In this document: piece after piece, positions 1 to 12,458 of the stretch | Position numbering within the stretch: the first letter of the stretch is position 1 | Layout: the number at the start of each line of letters is the position of its first letter | Source of the DNA: Planctomycetota bacterium | Lineage (GTDB): Bacteria; Planctomycetota; B15-G4; SIAN01 | DNA length: 64,000 nucleotides | Assembly: GCA_031409275.1 (NCBI GenBank) | Contig: JANNXA010000050.1 | Span: 32,001 to 96,000 of the forward strand | Direction of reading: 5' to 3' | Program-made: the position numbers and the translations under genes | The notes under the pieces: generated by a model | What the model was told of the DNA's origin: nothing | Database searches by the model: none | Seen by the model: only the letters and a program-made list of their open reading frames with translations

Positions 1-229
1 AACGGGCCGTCCGGGCCAACGACTTCGGCCAACGGGATCACCGCCATGTTGATCGCCTCGAACGACGTCAGCGCCGGGTCCCACGTCGCAGGACCGTTCT
101 GCACCGGATGGCCGAATCCCGTGCCCACGAACCCCACGAGCCCTGCCCAGGAGGTGACTGCCGCGCGCCAGCCGTAGCATTTGCGAGCGTCATCACCAGC
201 CAGATTCCTCCGGCAGATCGAATTCTCAT
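1..229 (-). CDS. 5' part of a probable exported protein running off the window edge; start/frame ambiguous, possible frameshift
   Basis: AGGAGG precedes ATG at 229 (MRIRSAGGIWLVMTLANATAGARQSPPGQGSWG), but that frame stops at 68. The neighbouring frame is open to position 1 and reads FVGTGFGHPVQNGPATWDPALTSFEAINMAVIP with GC3-rich codons. Confidence 0.4.
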
Positions 230-384
230 GACCCACGCCCCTCCTCTTGACTCGGGTAGTCCCGTGGCAGATCCACTCTCCACGAGTAAGAAGCGACTCA
301 AGGCGCCCCGAAGAGCGAGAACTCCGATGGCCCGCCGCGAACAGCCGTCGTGGAAATTCGACGGCTCATCATTGCCTACTTCCA

Positions 385-3177
385 TCACTTCGTGAGCGCA
401 AAACCTTGTCCGGCGCCTGGCTTCGTCATCTTCGACAACAACAATGGAGAGCCGGCAAGCGAACTCCCACCCTCCCAAAGATAGAGCGCGCCGACATCGA
501 CTGCGGCGAGATCCGCCCAAGGAGTTCCACTCACGATGTCGAGCAGTCCGTCGCCAGTGACGTCGGCGAGGTAGTACCCCTGTGAAGCAGCTCGACACAT
601 GAAATCGAGTTGCTTCGCACTCGGGTCGATCAACTCGGCCAGCGGCTTGGGCGTGCCTTGCAGCACAACACCTCCCTCCCAAAGATACATCGCGCCCACA
701 TCCTGCTTGCCGCTGAGGTCCTTGTACTGCGCGCTGGCCACGACATCAGGCAGGCCGTCACCCGTGACGTCGGCAATCTGGATCGACTGTCCAGTTGCCA
801 AGCCGAGGAAATCGGACGCTCGGCGATTCGATGCCCTCAGCTCGGCGCGTGGAGCGGGCGTCCCAGAGAGCGTGCCTCCACCCGTCCAAACGAACAGCGC
901 CCCGGTGTCCAAGGTGCCGCCGACGTCGAACCGGATCGAGCCGGTCACCACATCGAGAACATCGTCACCGCTCAGATCGACGAGCTGCACTCCTTGCGCG
1001 AACCCTCCGAGGTCACCGAGGATGTCGTTCGTATTGCCGTTGGGGGCGTAGAGTTCTGCGCGCGGCGCAAGCGAGCCAGTCAGCAGGGGGCCCCCGGCCC
1101 AGACATAGACCGCGCCCACATCCGACTTGCCCGGGAGCACGTCTGCAACGATCGTCCCAGCGACGACATCGATGTAGTCGTCCCCCGTGACGTCGGCGAG
1201 CTGGATCGAGACCCCTGCCTTGATGAAGAAGATCCCCCCTCCCGTCGACCCCAGCGCATCATTCGCCTGCGCTCCGGGGACCGAGAGCGTGGCAAGCGGG
1301 GCGGGCGTCCCGACCAGCGACGCGCCGCCGCTCCAGACGTAGATCGCGCCGACGTCCACCAATCCCGCGAGGTCCGCGAAGCGACTGCCGACCACCAGAT
1401 CGCGCACGCCATCTCCTGTCACGTCGTCGACCAGCACGCCCTGGCCGTGTGCGTCGCTGAGCCAGTCGTAAGCGACTGCACCGGCGATCGTGAGCGTCGC
1501 GAGCGGCGGCGGCGTCCCGGTCAGCGCCGCGCCGTCCCAGACGTAGACCGCGCCTGCGTCGATCACGCCACCGACGTTGGCGTCGCTGGCCGCCGCGATG
1601 ACGTCGACCCGGCCATCGCCGGTCACGTCGTCGAGGATCACCCCGCGACCGCTCACCCCGCCGATGTCGATCAGGCCGAGCTGGTCGGAGGCTTGGCCCC
1701 CCGGCACCGAAAGCGTCGCGATCGGTGTCGGGGCTCCGGTCAGGGCGCCGCCGCCTCTCCAGATGTAGATCGCGCCCGCCGCGGATGCGCCGCCGGCGGT
1801 CGCCCAAATCGTATTGACGACGAGGTCGGCGATGCCGTCGCCCGTCACGTCAACGATCTGCCCGACCGTGCCGGGATAGAGCAGCGACACCAGGTCGTAA
1901 GCGTCGCCGGTGTAGCCCAGCATGCTTGTGGTCGCGGCTCCCGCGATCGTCAGCGTCGCGCGCGGCGCGGGCGTTCCCTGGAGTGACGCTCCACCCTTCC
2001 AGACGTAGATCGCGCCGGCATCGACGACGCCATTCACGTCGATGTAGTTCGAGCCGGCGATGACGTCCAGCACCGAGTCGCCTGTCACGTCGACGAGCTG
2101 CGTGACCGACATCCCCAGTCCGTCGTCGGCCACCGCGGTCGGCGCCGTGAGCGTGGCGAACGGCGCAGGGGTGCCGCTCAACGTCGGCCCGCCTCTCCAG
2201 ACGTAGAGAGCGCCCGCCGATCGGACGCCACTGATGGTGACCGCGATCGACCCTGAAACGATGTCGATCAGACCGTCTCCAGAGACATCCGCGAGCTGGA
2301 TCCCCTGACCGCTGCGCTTCGTGAGAGTGTCGGAGGTCGTCGCGCCCGAAATTGTCAGCGTGGCGAGCGGCGCGGGCGTACCAGTGAGCGGTGCGCCGCC
2401 TTGCCAAACGTAGATTGCACCTGCATTGGAGACTCCCGCCACGTCCGCTAGGTACGTGCCCACCACGATGTCGAGCACGCCATCTCCCGTGACGTCAGCG
2501 AGCTGGATGCCTTGCCCCTTCCACGCGATTCCAAGTTGGTCGTACGGTTTCGCGCCCGGAATCGCGAGCGTCGCATCGGGCACGCCTGAGGGAGTGGGCA
2601 CCCCGTTCCAGACAAGAACACGGCCGGCTTGCGTGCCTCCCCCGTACTGCGCTCCCGCCACCGTGTCGAGCACGCCATCACCCGTGACGTCGCCGATCTG
2701 GATCGTCGCAGCCACGGTCTCGCCCTCGGCACGCACGTCGACTGTCGTGAAGAGCGGGACCTCCGGTTGGGCAAGGTCGGTCGCCCGGAAGGTCAGGTGT
2801 TGCAGCCCGCCGACGTTTTTGGGCACGAGCCATCGCACCTTGCCGATCGCAGTCACCCAGTCGCCGGTGCCGGACTTGCCGAGCCTGCCGACCGACGACT
2901 GCTGGCGATCCTGCACAAACACGCATCCCGGCGGCGGATTCAAGAGCGCCAGCGTCACCTTCGCTGGCTGCGGGCTGGTCGCCCGCACGGTGAATTCCAC
3001 CTGATCGCCCGCCATGACCACCGTGCCGGGCGGCAGCGTCGTCGTGAGCGTGGGACCGGGTGATGGCGCGCTCGGCGTCCACTTGCCGCTCGGCCCCGAT
3101 TGCGGGAACGCCGCTGCCAGCGAAAGCGCGGCCACCACTACGAGCAGCAGCAACCCGGGAACCTGCTTCATCGCCAT
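385..3177 (-). CDS. Exported FG-GAP/integrin-alpha-like repeat protein
   Basis: Signal peptide, then about 12 repeats of the form QLxDVTGDGxxD...AGAxYVWxGG...P.ATL with DxxGDG Ca-binding-type loops. Confidence 0.9.
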   Translation of the reverse strand: MAMKQVPGLLLLVVVAALSLAAAFPQSGPSGKWTPSAPSPGPTLTTTLPPGTVVMAGDQVEFTVRATSPQPAKVTLALLNPPPGCVFVQDRQQSSVGRLGKSGTGDWVTAIGKVRWLVPKNVGGLQHLTFRATDLAQPEVPLFTTVDVRAEGETVAATIQIGDVTGDGVLDTVAGAQYGGGTQAGRVLVWNGVPTPSGVPDATLAIPGAKPYDQLGIAWKGQGIQLADVTGDGVLDIVVGTYLADVAGVSNAGAIYVWQGGAPLTGTPAPLATLTISGATTSDTLTKRSGQGIQLADVSGDGLIDIVSGSIAVTISGVRSAGALYVWRGGPTLSGTPAPFATLTAPTAVADDGLGMSVTQLVDVTGDSVLDVIAGSNYIDVNGVVDAGAIYVWKGGASLQGTPAPRATLTIAGAATTSMLGYTGDAYDLVSLLYPGTVGQIVDVTGDGIADLVVNTIWATAGGASAAGAIYIWRGGGALTGAPTPIATLSVPGGQASDQLGLIDIGGVSGRGVILDDVTGDGRVDVIAAASDANVGGVIDAGAVYVWDGAALTGTPPPLATLTIAGAVAYDWLSDAHGQGVLVDDVTGDGVRDLVVGSRFADLAGLVDVGAIYVWSGGASLVGTPAPLATLSVPGAQANDALGSTGGGIFFIKAGVSIQLADVTGDDYIDVVAGTIVADVLPGKSDVGAVYVWAGGPLLTGSLAPRAELYAPNGNTNDILGDLGGFAQGVQLVDLSGDDVLDVVTGSIRFDVGGTLDTGALFVWTGGGTLSGTPAPRAELRASNRRASDFLGLATGQSIQIADVTGDGLPDVVASAQYKDLSGKQDVGAMYLWEGGVVLQGTPKPLAELIDPSAKQLDFMCRAASQGYYLADVTGDGLLDIVSGTPWADLAAVDVGALYLWEGGSSLAGSPLLLSKMTKPGAGQGFALTK

Positions 3178-3283
3178 CGAATCACTCCACGAAGTGCGAA
3201 GACAGGCCTCGGCGGCGAATGGCGACCGTAGATAGCGCGGGACAGGCAGAGCCGCCAGAGACCCGGCGCAGAGCCCCCCCCGC

Positions 3284-6076
3284 TCAACCGCCGTCGGGCC
3301 CCGGATCGGCCACCACCTCGAGCGGCTGCTCGCTCACCACGCCGGCCGCGCTGAGGCGCACGGTGTAGCGACCGGGCGTCGCGCTGCCGCCGCCGCGGCG
3401 CCGTCCACCACCACCGGCGTCTTGCGCGAACGGTGCGTCGAACTCCGACGGGTCGACCTCGGCGCTCTCCGGAAGCGCTTCGTAGCGACGGCGCGCGCGT
3501 TTGGCTGGCGGCTTCGCGCCCGCTTCCGTCGCGTCCGCGGCCTTCGGCGGCGGATCGAGCTGCAAGTCCCACGCAAGCCGCTGCAAGCCCACCTGCTTGG
3601 CCACCGCGACCGTTCGCACCACCTTGCCCGCCGCATCGACGATCTCGACCTTGGCCTCCTCGCTCGCCGACTGCATCCAGATCCACAGCGGCGCGCCAGG
3701 CGGCGGATTCGCGGCGCGGAAGTTCCGATCGCCGCTCCAGCCGCCGCCCGATCCGAAACCGCCGCGCCACAGCGTCGCCGGCGCGGGGGCGAAGAGCATC
3801 GCCGCGGCCGCCAACGACTCGGCGTTCAACTGCTCGTGCGCGGAAACTTCAACGACGAAGAGGCCGCGGCCGTGCGTCGCGACCACCACCTCCGGTTCGC
3901 GCGGATGGATCGTGAGGTCGAGCACCGAGACGAGCGGCAGATCGCTGGCGAGCGGCTGCCAGTGGTCGCCGCGATCGATCGAGAAGAAGGCGCCTGCATC
4001 GCTCCCGAGGAAGAGCGTGCCGGCGCGGCGCGGGCTTTCGTGGATCACGTTGACCGGCCCGTCGGGCAGCCCATTCGTGATCGCCTCGAAGGTGGCGCCG
4101 CCGTCGCTCGTCCGGAAGACGTAAGGGGCGAAATCATCGTCGCGAAAGCCGCTGACCGTGACCCACGCCACCGCCCGATCGTGCGGCGAGAGTTCGACGC
4201 GGGTGACCCAGCGCGCGGCGGGCAAGTCGGGCAGTCGCGCTTCGATCGACTCGAAGGTGCGTCCGCCGTCGCGGCTCCACTGCACGCGACCGTCGTCGCT
4301 GCCGACCAGCAGGAGGTCAGGGTCGAGCGGCGACTCGCTGATCGTCGTGAGCGTGCAATGCGGCACGTTGCCGGCGACTTTCGCGGGGTCGTTCGTGGTG
4401 AGGTCGCCGCTGATCGCCTTCCAATGGTCGCCACGATCGAGCGAGCGCCACAACCGCTGCGAGCCGAAGTAGACCACCTGCGAGTTGTGGCTCGACAGCA
4501 GCAACGGCGAGCACCAGTTGAAGCGGTCGCTCTCCCCCTCGGCGCCGCGCGGCTGGATCCACGCCGACTCGCGGCGTCGCGTGTCGGTGCGTGAGAGCGC
4601 TCCGAACTGCGACTCGAGGTAGACGGTGTCGGGGTCCTTGGGATCGGCCAGCACGTACATCCCGTCGCCGCCGCCGATGAAGCGCCAGTCGGCGCTGGTC
4701 GCGCCGCCATAGCCACGCGTGCGCGACGGCCCCATCCAGACGCCGTTGTCCTGCAGCCCGCCATAGACGCGATACGGCCGGCGACGGTCGACGCTGACCG
4801 TATAGAACTGCGCCAGCGAGAGGTTCTGGTAGTAGTCGAACGTCGCGCCGTCGTCGTAGCTCTGTGCCAGCCCGCCGTCGTTGCCGAGCAGCACGCGGCC
4901 GCGCGTCGCCGGATCGATCCAGAGCGCATGGTGATCGGAGTGGAGCGAGCCGGCGACCTCGCTGGCGAAGCTCTTGCCACCGTCCTTCGAGACGAAGACC
5001 TCGATGCCCAGCAGCCAGACGTGGTCGGAGTCGTGCGGATCGACGCGGATCTGGCCGTAGTAGTAGGGCGGCTGGCCGCTCACTGGCTTCTCGTTGCGCT
5101 TCTCCCACGTGTTGCCGCCATCCGCGCTGCGCCAGACTTCGCCGCCGATGGCGCGCTTCGTCGGCGGGTCGCCTTTCTTCTCCGCCGGCACGTCGATCTG
5201 GTTCTGATTGTCGATGCAGGCGTAGAGGAGCCCCGCCTCGGCGGCACTGAACGCGACGCCGATGCGGCCGAGCTTGCCGCCGGGCAAGCCGCCCGCGAGC
5301 CGCCGCCAGCTCGTGCCCCCATCGATCGAGCGGTAGATCGCCGAATCGCCGACGTCATCGAAGTTCCACGCGCGCCGGAGGCGCTGATAGGTCGCGGCGT
5401 AAAGGGTGTCGGGGTCGCGTGGATCGAACACGACGTCGGCCACGCCGATCTGATCGCCGCGTCCGAGCACCAGCTCCCAGGTCGCGCCGCCATCGGTCGT
5501 CTTGTAGAGCCCGCGCTGCGCATTCGCGGTGTAGAGGTGGCCCAGTGCCGCGACATACGCGGTCGCGGCGTCGCGCGGATCGACGACGACGCGGCCGATG
5601 TGGTGCGAATCGTCGAGGCCGACGTGCGCGAAGGTCTTGCCGCCATTCGTCGAGCGCCAGACGCCGTTGCCGGCGTAGCTGCTGCGTTGGTTGTTGCCCT
5701 CGCCGCTGCCGATCCAGACGACGTCGGGGTCGCTTGGCGCGACCGCGATGTCGCCGATCGAAAGCGCGTCGGCGAAGAGGCAGCTCCAGGTCGTGCCGTT
5801 GTTGACCGACTTCCACACTCCGCCGGAAGCCGACGCCGCCCACAGCTCGTAGGGTCGCTGCGCGGGTACGTCGACATCGACGATGCGCCCGCCCGGTGCC
5901 GCCGGCCCGAGCGGCCGCGCCGTGCTGGCGCCCAGCTGTGCCGGATCGATCGACTGCGCGAAGAGCGGTGCGGCCGCGAGCGCGGACACCACCAGCAGCC
6001 AACGCAGCTCACGCACGGATCGGGACGACGCCAAGGCGATCTCCTGTTGCACCGATGGCTCAGAGCACGCGTTCAT
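3284..6076 (-). CDS. Exported VPS10/BNR (Asp-box) repeat protein, glycosyl hydrolase-like
   Basis: Many Asp-box motifs (SxNNGTTW, STNGGKTF, TTDGGATW, SxDGGxxW/F) and GGLQDNG/GGGDG motifs. Start taken at ATG 6076; GTG 6016 before the signal-like RWLLVVSALAAAPLFA is an alternative. Confidence 0.88.
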   Translation of the reverse strand: MNACSEPSVQQEIALASSRSVRELRWLLVVSALAAAPLFAQSIDPAQLGASTARPLGPAAPGGRIVDVDVPAQRPYELWAASASGGVWKSVNNGTTWSCLFADALSIGDIAVAPSDPDVVWIGSGEGNNQRSSYAGNGVWRSTNGGKTFAHVGLDDSHHIGRVVVDPRDAATAYVAALGHLYTANAQRGLYKTTDGGATWELVLGRGDQIGVADVVFDPRDPDTLYAATYQRLRRAWNFDDVGDSAIYRSIDGGTSWRRLAGGLPGGKLGRIGVAFSAAEAGLLYACIDNQNQIDVPAEKKGDPPTKRAIGGEVWRSADGGNTWEKRNEKPVSGQPPYYYGQIRVDPHDSDHVWLLGIEVFVSKDGGKSFASEVAGSLHSDHHALWIDPATRGRVLLGNDGGLAQSYDDGATFDYYQNLSLAQFYTVSVDRRRPYRVYGGLQDNGVWMGPSRTRGYGGATSADWRFIGGGDGMYVLADPKDPDTVYLESQFGALSRTDTRRRESAWIQPRGAEGESDRFNWCSPLLLSSHNSQVVYFGSQRLWRSLDRGDHWKAISGDLTTNDPAKVAGNVPHCTLTTISESPLDPDLLLVGSDDGRVQWSRDGGRTFESIEARLPDLPAARWVTRVELSPHDRAVAWVTVSGFRDDDFAPYVFRTSDGGATFEAITNGLPDGPVNVIHESPRRAGTLFLGSDAGAFFSIDRGDHWQPLASDLPLVSVLDLTIHPREPEVVVATHGRGLFVVEVSAHEQLNAESLAAAAMLFAPAPATLWRGGFGSGGGWSGDRNFRAANPPPGAPLWIWMQSASEEAKVEIVDAAGKVVRTVAVAKQVGLQRLAWDLQLDPPPKAADATEAGAKPPAKRARRRYEALPESAEVDPSEFDAPFAQDAGGGGRRRGGGSATPGRYTVRLSAAGVVSEQPLEVVADPGPDGG

Positions 6077-6090
6077 TCCGTCAGGCGCTC

Positions 6091-8272
<2,182 letters not shown>

Positions 8273-8280
<8 letters not shown>

Positions 8281-9715
8281 TCGCAAGTTCCGTCCGCGAG
8301 ATGCCCAGTTCCTTCAGCTTCAACTGCAGCCCCTTGCGCGACAGACCGAGCGCGGTCGCCGCGTGCGTCACGTTGCCCGATTGCTCGCGCAGCGTGCGCG
8401 TGATGATGTCGCGCTCGAGGTGGGCGACGGCGTCGCGCACCACATCCTTCAGCGGACCGGCGCCGACCCGCAGCGGTGCCGCTTGCGCGGGCGCGCCATC
8501 GAAGGCTGCCACGGGCGCCGGCGCGTCCCCGCTGCGCAGCGCCTGCGGCAAATCGCTTTCGCGCAGCTCGCGATCGGCCAGTACCACCAGCGACTCGATC
8601 ACGTTCTCGAGCTCGCGCACGTTGCCCGGCCAATCGTGCGCCACCAGGCGAGCGAGCAGTGCGCCGCTCGCCGGCGCCACCGACTTCTTCGAGCGCGCGC
8701 CGTGCTTCTTGCGGAAGTGCTCGACGAGCTCGGGGATGTCCTCGCGCCGGTCGCGCAGCGGCGGCAGCTCGATGGTCAGCACCGCGAGCCGAAACCAGAG
8801 GTCGCGGCGGAACGCGCCGCTCTCGACCTTCTGCGCGAGGTCAGGATGGGTGGCCGCGACCAGCCGCACGTCGACCTTGCGGGTCGTCGCCGCGCCGACG
8901 CGCTGGATCTCGCGCTGCTCGAGCGCGCGCAGGACCTTCGGCTGCACCTTCAAGTCCATGTCCCCCACCTCGTCGAGGAAGAGGGTGCCGCCATCGGCGA
9001 GCTCGAAGCGGCCGGGCCGCGTCGCGACCGCGCCGGTGAAAGCGCCACGCTCGTGGCCGAAGAGCTCCGCCTCGACCATCGTCTCGGGGATCGCGGCGCA
9101 ATTGGTGGCAACGAAGCTCGCGGACGCGCGCGGCGAAAGTTCATGCAGCGCGCGCGCGACGAGCTCCTTGCCGGTGCCCGTCTCGCCCAGGATCAGCACG
9201 TTGGTCGGCGCGCCCGCGACCTTCTGGATGCGCTCGCGAACGCGCGCCATCGCGGCGCCCGAGCCGACTAGCGCTTGCAAGGCGGGTTGCGCTTCGTGCA
9301 CTTCGCGCCGACGCGTCATCCGCGTTGCGAGCGCGCGCTCGAGCACCTGCGCGAGCTCGTCCTTGTCGAACGGCTTGGTGAGGAAGTCGAACGCGCCGCG
9401 TCGCATCGCATCGACGGCGGTGGCGACGTTTCCATGCGCCGTCAGCATCACCACCGGCGTCTCGGGTTGTTCTCGGCGCAGCTGATCGAGCAGTTGCGCG
9501 CCGTCCATCCCCGGCATCCGCAGGTCGGTCAGCACCGCGCCGTACGCCCGTTCGCGGGCGCGCGCGAGTCCTTCCGCGCCATCGGCGGCCTCGTCGACCG
9601 AGTAGCCCTCGCGTTCGAGCAACCCCTTCAAGACCGCGCGCAAGTTGACCTCGTCGTCGACGAGCAGCAGACGGCACGGATCCTCAAGCGGGCGGCGCGG
9701 CGGCATCGGCGACAT
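8273..9715 (-). CDS. Sigma54-dependent NtrC-family response regulator
   Basis: Receiver domain (LLVDDE, TDLRMPGMDG, TKP), Walker A GETGTGKE, GAFTGA, FLDEV, WPGNVREL and a Fis-type HTH. Confidence 0.96.
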
Positions 9716-11561
9716 GGGCTCCTCCGCGTGGGGTCGCCGTCGAGTCCGCGGCGACGGGGATCGGGATGGTCAGGACGAAGTGGGCGCCACGGTAGCCACC
9801 ATCGGACGCGGCGAGTGCGAGCGTCCCGCCGTGCGCCAACGCGACCCGCTGCGCCACCGCCAACCCCAGTCCGCTGCCGGTCGGCCGCGTCGTGAAGAAG
9901 GGCAGGAAGACCTGCGCTTGCTGCTCGACCGGGATGCCGGGCCCATCGTCGCGCACGTGCCAGACGATGGCGCGGTCGTTCGCCTCCAACGTCAGCTCGA
10001 CCCGGCCCCCACTCGGTTGCACCGCGATTGCATTCAGCAGCAGATTGAGCAGCGCGTGGCGCACTTGATCGCCGTCGAGCGCGAGCGGCGCCACCGTCTC
10101 GCCACCGACCAGCGAGTGCGTCACGCGGAAAGCGGCCGCGCGCTCCGAAGCGAGCAGCAGCGCCGCCTGCGCGACGGCGCGGGGCGACTGCAGCTGCCGC
10201 TCGAGCCGCGGCTCGCGACCGAGCGCCAAGGCGTCGGTGACGACGCGATCGAGGCGGCGCGCCTCGGCTCGCAAGATCGAGAGCCACTTCTCCGCGTCGG
10301 GTCCCGCCCGCGATTCGGGCGTGTCGAGCAGATCGAGCGCGCCCAGGATCGCCCCCAGCGGGTTCTTGATCTCGTGGGCGATGCCGGCCGCCAGCGCGCC
10401 AAGCTGCGCCAACCGTTGCGCGCGCTGCCGCTCCTCCTGCGCCTCGATCGCGCGCAACGCGACCGCGATGCGACCGGCGAGGCGGCGCAGGGCACGGCGC
10501 AGCACGCGCGCTTCGAGCAGCCGCGGCTCGCGCAGTTCGAGCCGCAGCCAGCCCAGTCGCACGCCCCCCACCTTCACGGCGAGCACGACCGTCCCCTCGA
10601 CGCCACCGCGACGCGGCCGCACCGTCAGCAGCTCCGCGTGGCGCACGTCGCCATCGACCGGAGCCGTCAGCGATCGCGCCAGCTCGGCGCCGAGTTCGGC
10701 GCGCGAGGTCGCCTGCGCCAGCACTTCGTCCTGCGCCTCGAAATGGGCCAGCAGCGCGCGCCGACGCCGTTCGCGCTCGCGCGCCGACGGTGAGCGCAGG
10801 AAGCGGGCGAGCGGCGCTCGCAACAAGAGCAGCGTGAGCAGCGCGAACCAGACCAGCACCAGCCGCAGCGGTGTCGCATCGACCCGTTCGAGCACGAGGA
10901 CGAGCGGGTAGGCGGCGACCAGCGCCGCAACCGCCAGCGCCGCCGCGCGACCGAACAGGGGCTTGAGTTCGAACAGTCCATGGCGCGCCACGGCCGAGCC
11001 GAGCAGCGCCACGAGCGCCACGCTGCCGATGCCGGCCAACCGCGGCAACTGCGGCAGCGGCTCGAACAATCCGAGCACATCGACGAGCGCCGCGACCACC
11101 GCGAACAACGCCGCCACCAGGAACGCACGCATCGGCTCGCGCCGTGCACGCGCGGCGCGAGCCAGCGCGACCAGCACCACCAGGAGGCCGGGGAAGAGGA
11201 GCCACGCCGCAGCATCGATCGCTCGATCGCCGATCAACGCGAGCGGCACCGCCGCGACCAGCACGATCCACCAGGTGAAGCGCGCCAGACGCAGCCGTTG
11301 CGGTCCGGCTTGCGCGATCTGCGCGGCGAGCTCGAGTCCGAGCGGCAACAGGGCGAGCGCGATGATCCAGAGCAGCTCGGATCCGACGTGCGGAGCGAAC
11401 AGGTCGTGGAAGAAGAGCGCCGCGCTCCAGACGGAAAGCGTCAGCGCGACGCGACCGAACGCGCGTGGCACTGGATGGCCGGAACGGCGCGCGGCGAGCG
11501 CGAAGAGCAGATGGCCCAGCGCCGCAACGGCGCTCGCGAGCAGTGGCAGGGCGCGTTCCAT
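9684..11561 (-). CDS. Membrane sensor histidine kinase
   Basis: Multi-TM N-terminus, H-box AHEIKNPL, N-box NLLLNA, DDGPGI, FFTT and GSGLGL. Overlaps the regulator start. Confidence 0.94.
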   Translation of the reverse strand: MERALPLLASAVAALGHLLFALAARRSGHPVPRAFGRVALTLSVWSAALFFHDLFAPHVGSELLWIIALALLPLGLELAAQIAQAGPQRLRLARFTWWIVLVAAVPLALIGDRAIDAAAWLLFPGLLVVLVALARAARARREPMRAFLVAALFAVVAALVDVLGLFEPLPQLPRLAGIGSVALVALLGSAVARHGLFELKPLFGRAAALAVAALVAAYPLVLVLERVDATPLRLVLVWFALLTLLLLRAPLARFLRSPSARERERRRRALLAHFEAQDEVLAQATSRAELGAELARSLTAPVDGDVRHAELLTVRPRRGGVEGTVVLAVKVGGVRLGWLRLELREPRLLEARVLRRALRRLAGRIAVALRAIEAQEERQRAQRLAQLGALAAGIAHEIKNPLGAILGALDLLDTPESRAGPDAEKWLSILRAEARRLDRVVTDALALGREPRLERQLQSPRAVAQAALLLASERAAAFRVTHSLVGGETVAPLALDGDQVRHALLNLLLNAIAVQPSGGRVELTLEANDRAIVWHVRDDGPGIPVEQQAQVFLPFFTTRPTGSGLGLAVAQRVALAHGGTLALAASDGGYRGAHFVLTIPIPVAADSTATPRGGAHVADAAAPPA

Positions 11562-11599
11562 CGCCGGCGAGACCTAACGCCGCTGCCGGCGCGTCAACG

Positions 11600-12307
11600 T
11601 CACGCGGCCGCCGCTTCGGCTTGCTTCAGCAGTCGATCGTTCAGTTGCCGGAGCTCTTCGCAGAGCGCCTCGTCCTTGCCGCCCACCGCGCGCAAGAAGT
11701 CGTCGAGGTCTTGAGCGCCGCGCGCCTGCAGGACCCCTTCGGCCACCTGATAGAAGGTCGCGTACTCGTGCTCGTCGAGCGGCCGCGCCAGCGTCTGCAC
11801 GATGCGGACGCGATCCTTCTCGTAGGCCTCGCGCGCGGGCTTCACCGCAGCGGTGGGGTCGAGCTGGGCCAGCGCGATCAGCGCCGCATGCCGGCGCGCA
11901 GGGTCGCGAAGGGCCGCCTCGACGACCGGGCGACCCGGCTCGAAGCGACGCCCACCGATCGCGAGCAGCAGCGACAGATGGGCTTCGAGGTCGTTTTTGA
12001 TCCGCTTCTCGTTGGCCACGGCCACCGCCAGGTCGAAGGGGCGATTGCACGCGCCGAGGATGGCGAGCGCCTGCGCCTGCGCCTTGGCATCGTCGCCAGC
12101 GACCATCTCGGCGAGCGTCTGGTCGAAGGTCGGCAGATGCTCGGGATCGACCTCGGCGAGGAAGTCGTCAAGATCTCCGAAGGGATCCTCCGCCAGCAGC
12201 GAAGCATCCCCCTGTTCGAGCTCGAAGAAGAAGTCCCGCCAACTCTGACGGCAGCGGAAGAAGAGCACTTCGAGTTCGCGCAATCGCCCGGTCGTAGACC
12301 GCTTCAT
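11600..12307 (-). CDS. Hypothetical helical protein
   Basis: ATG at 12307 (MKRSTTGRLRELE) with GC3-biased codons and normal composition. No recognised motif. Confidence 0.7.
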   Translation of the reverse strand: MKRSTTGRLRELEVLFFRCRQSWRDFFFELEQGDASLLAEDPFGDLDDFLAEVDPEHLPTFDQTLAEMVAGDDAKAQAQALAILGACNRPFDLAVAVANEKRIKNDLEAHLSLLLAIGGRRFEPGRPVVEAALRDPARRHAALIALAQLDPTAAVKPAREAYEKDRVRIVQTLARPLDEHEYATFYQVAEGVLQARGAQDLDDFLRAVGGKDEALCEELRQLNDRLLKQAEAAAA

Positions 12308-12458
12308 GGCCCCAAGCTTGAATCGAAAAGCCGGCGCGAGCACCGTCCTCCGGAGCGGCGACACGCAGCAGGCGGAACGGACGCGGAGTAGAACCACCCC
12401 CCCGGATGCCCGTCAAGTCCCGCGCCCCGCCTCCGGCACCGGATGAGAGTCGTCGCCC

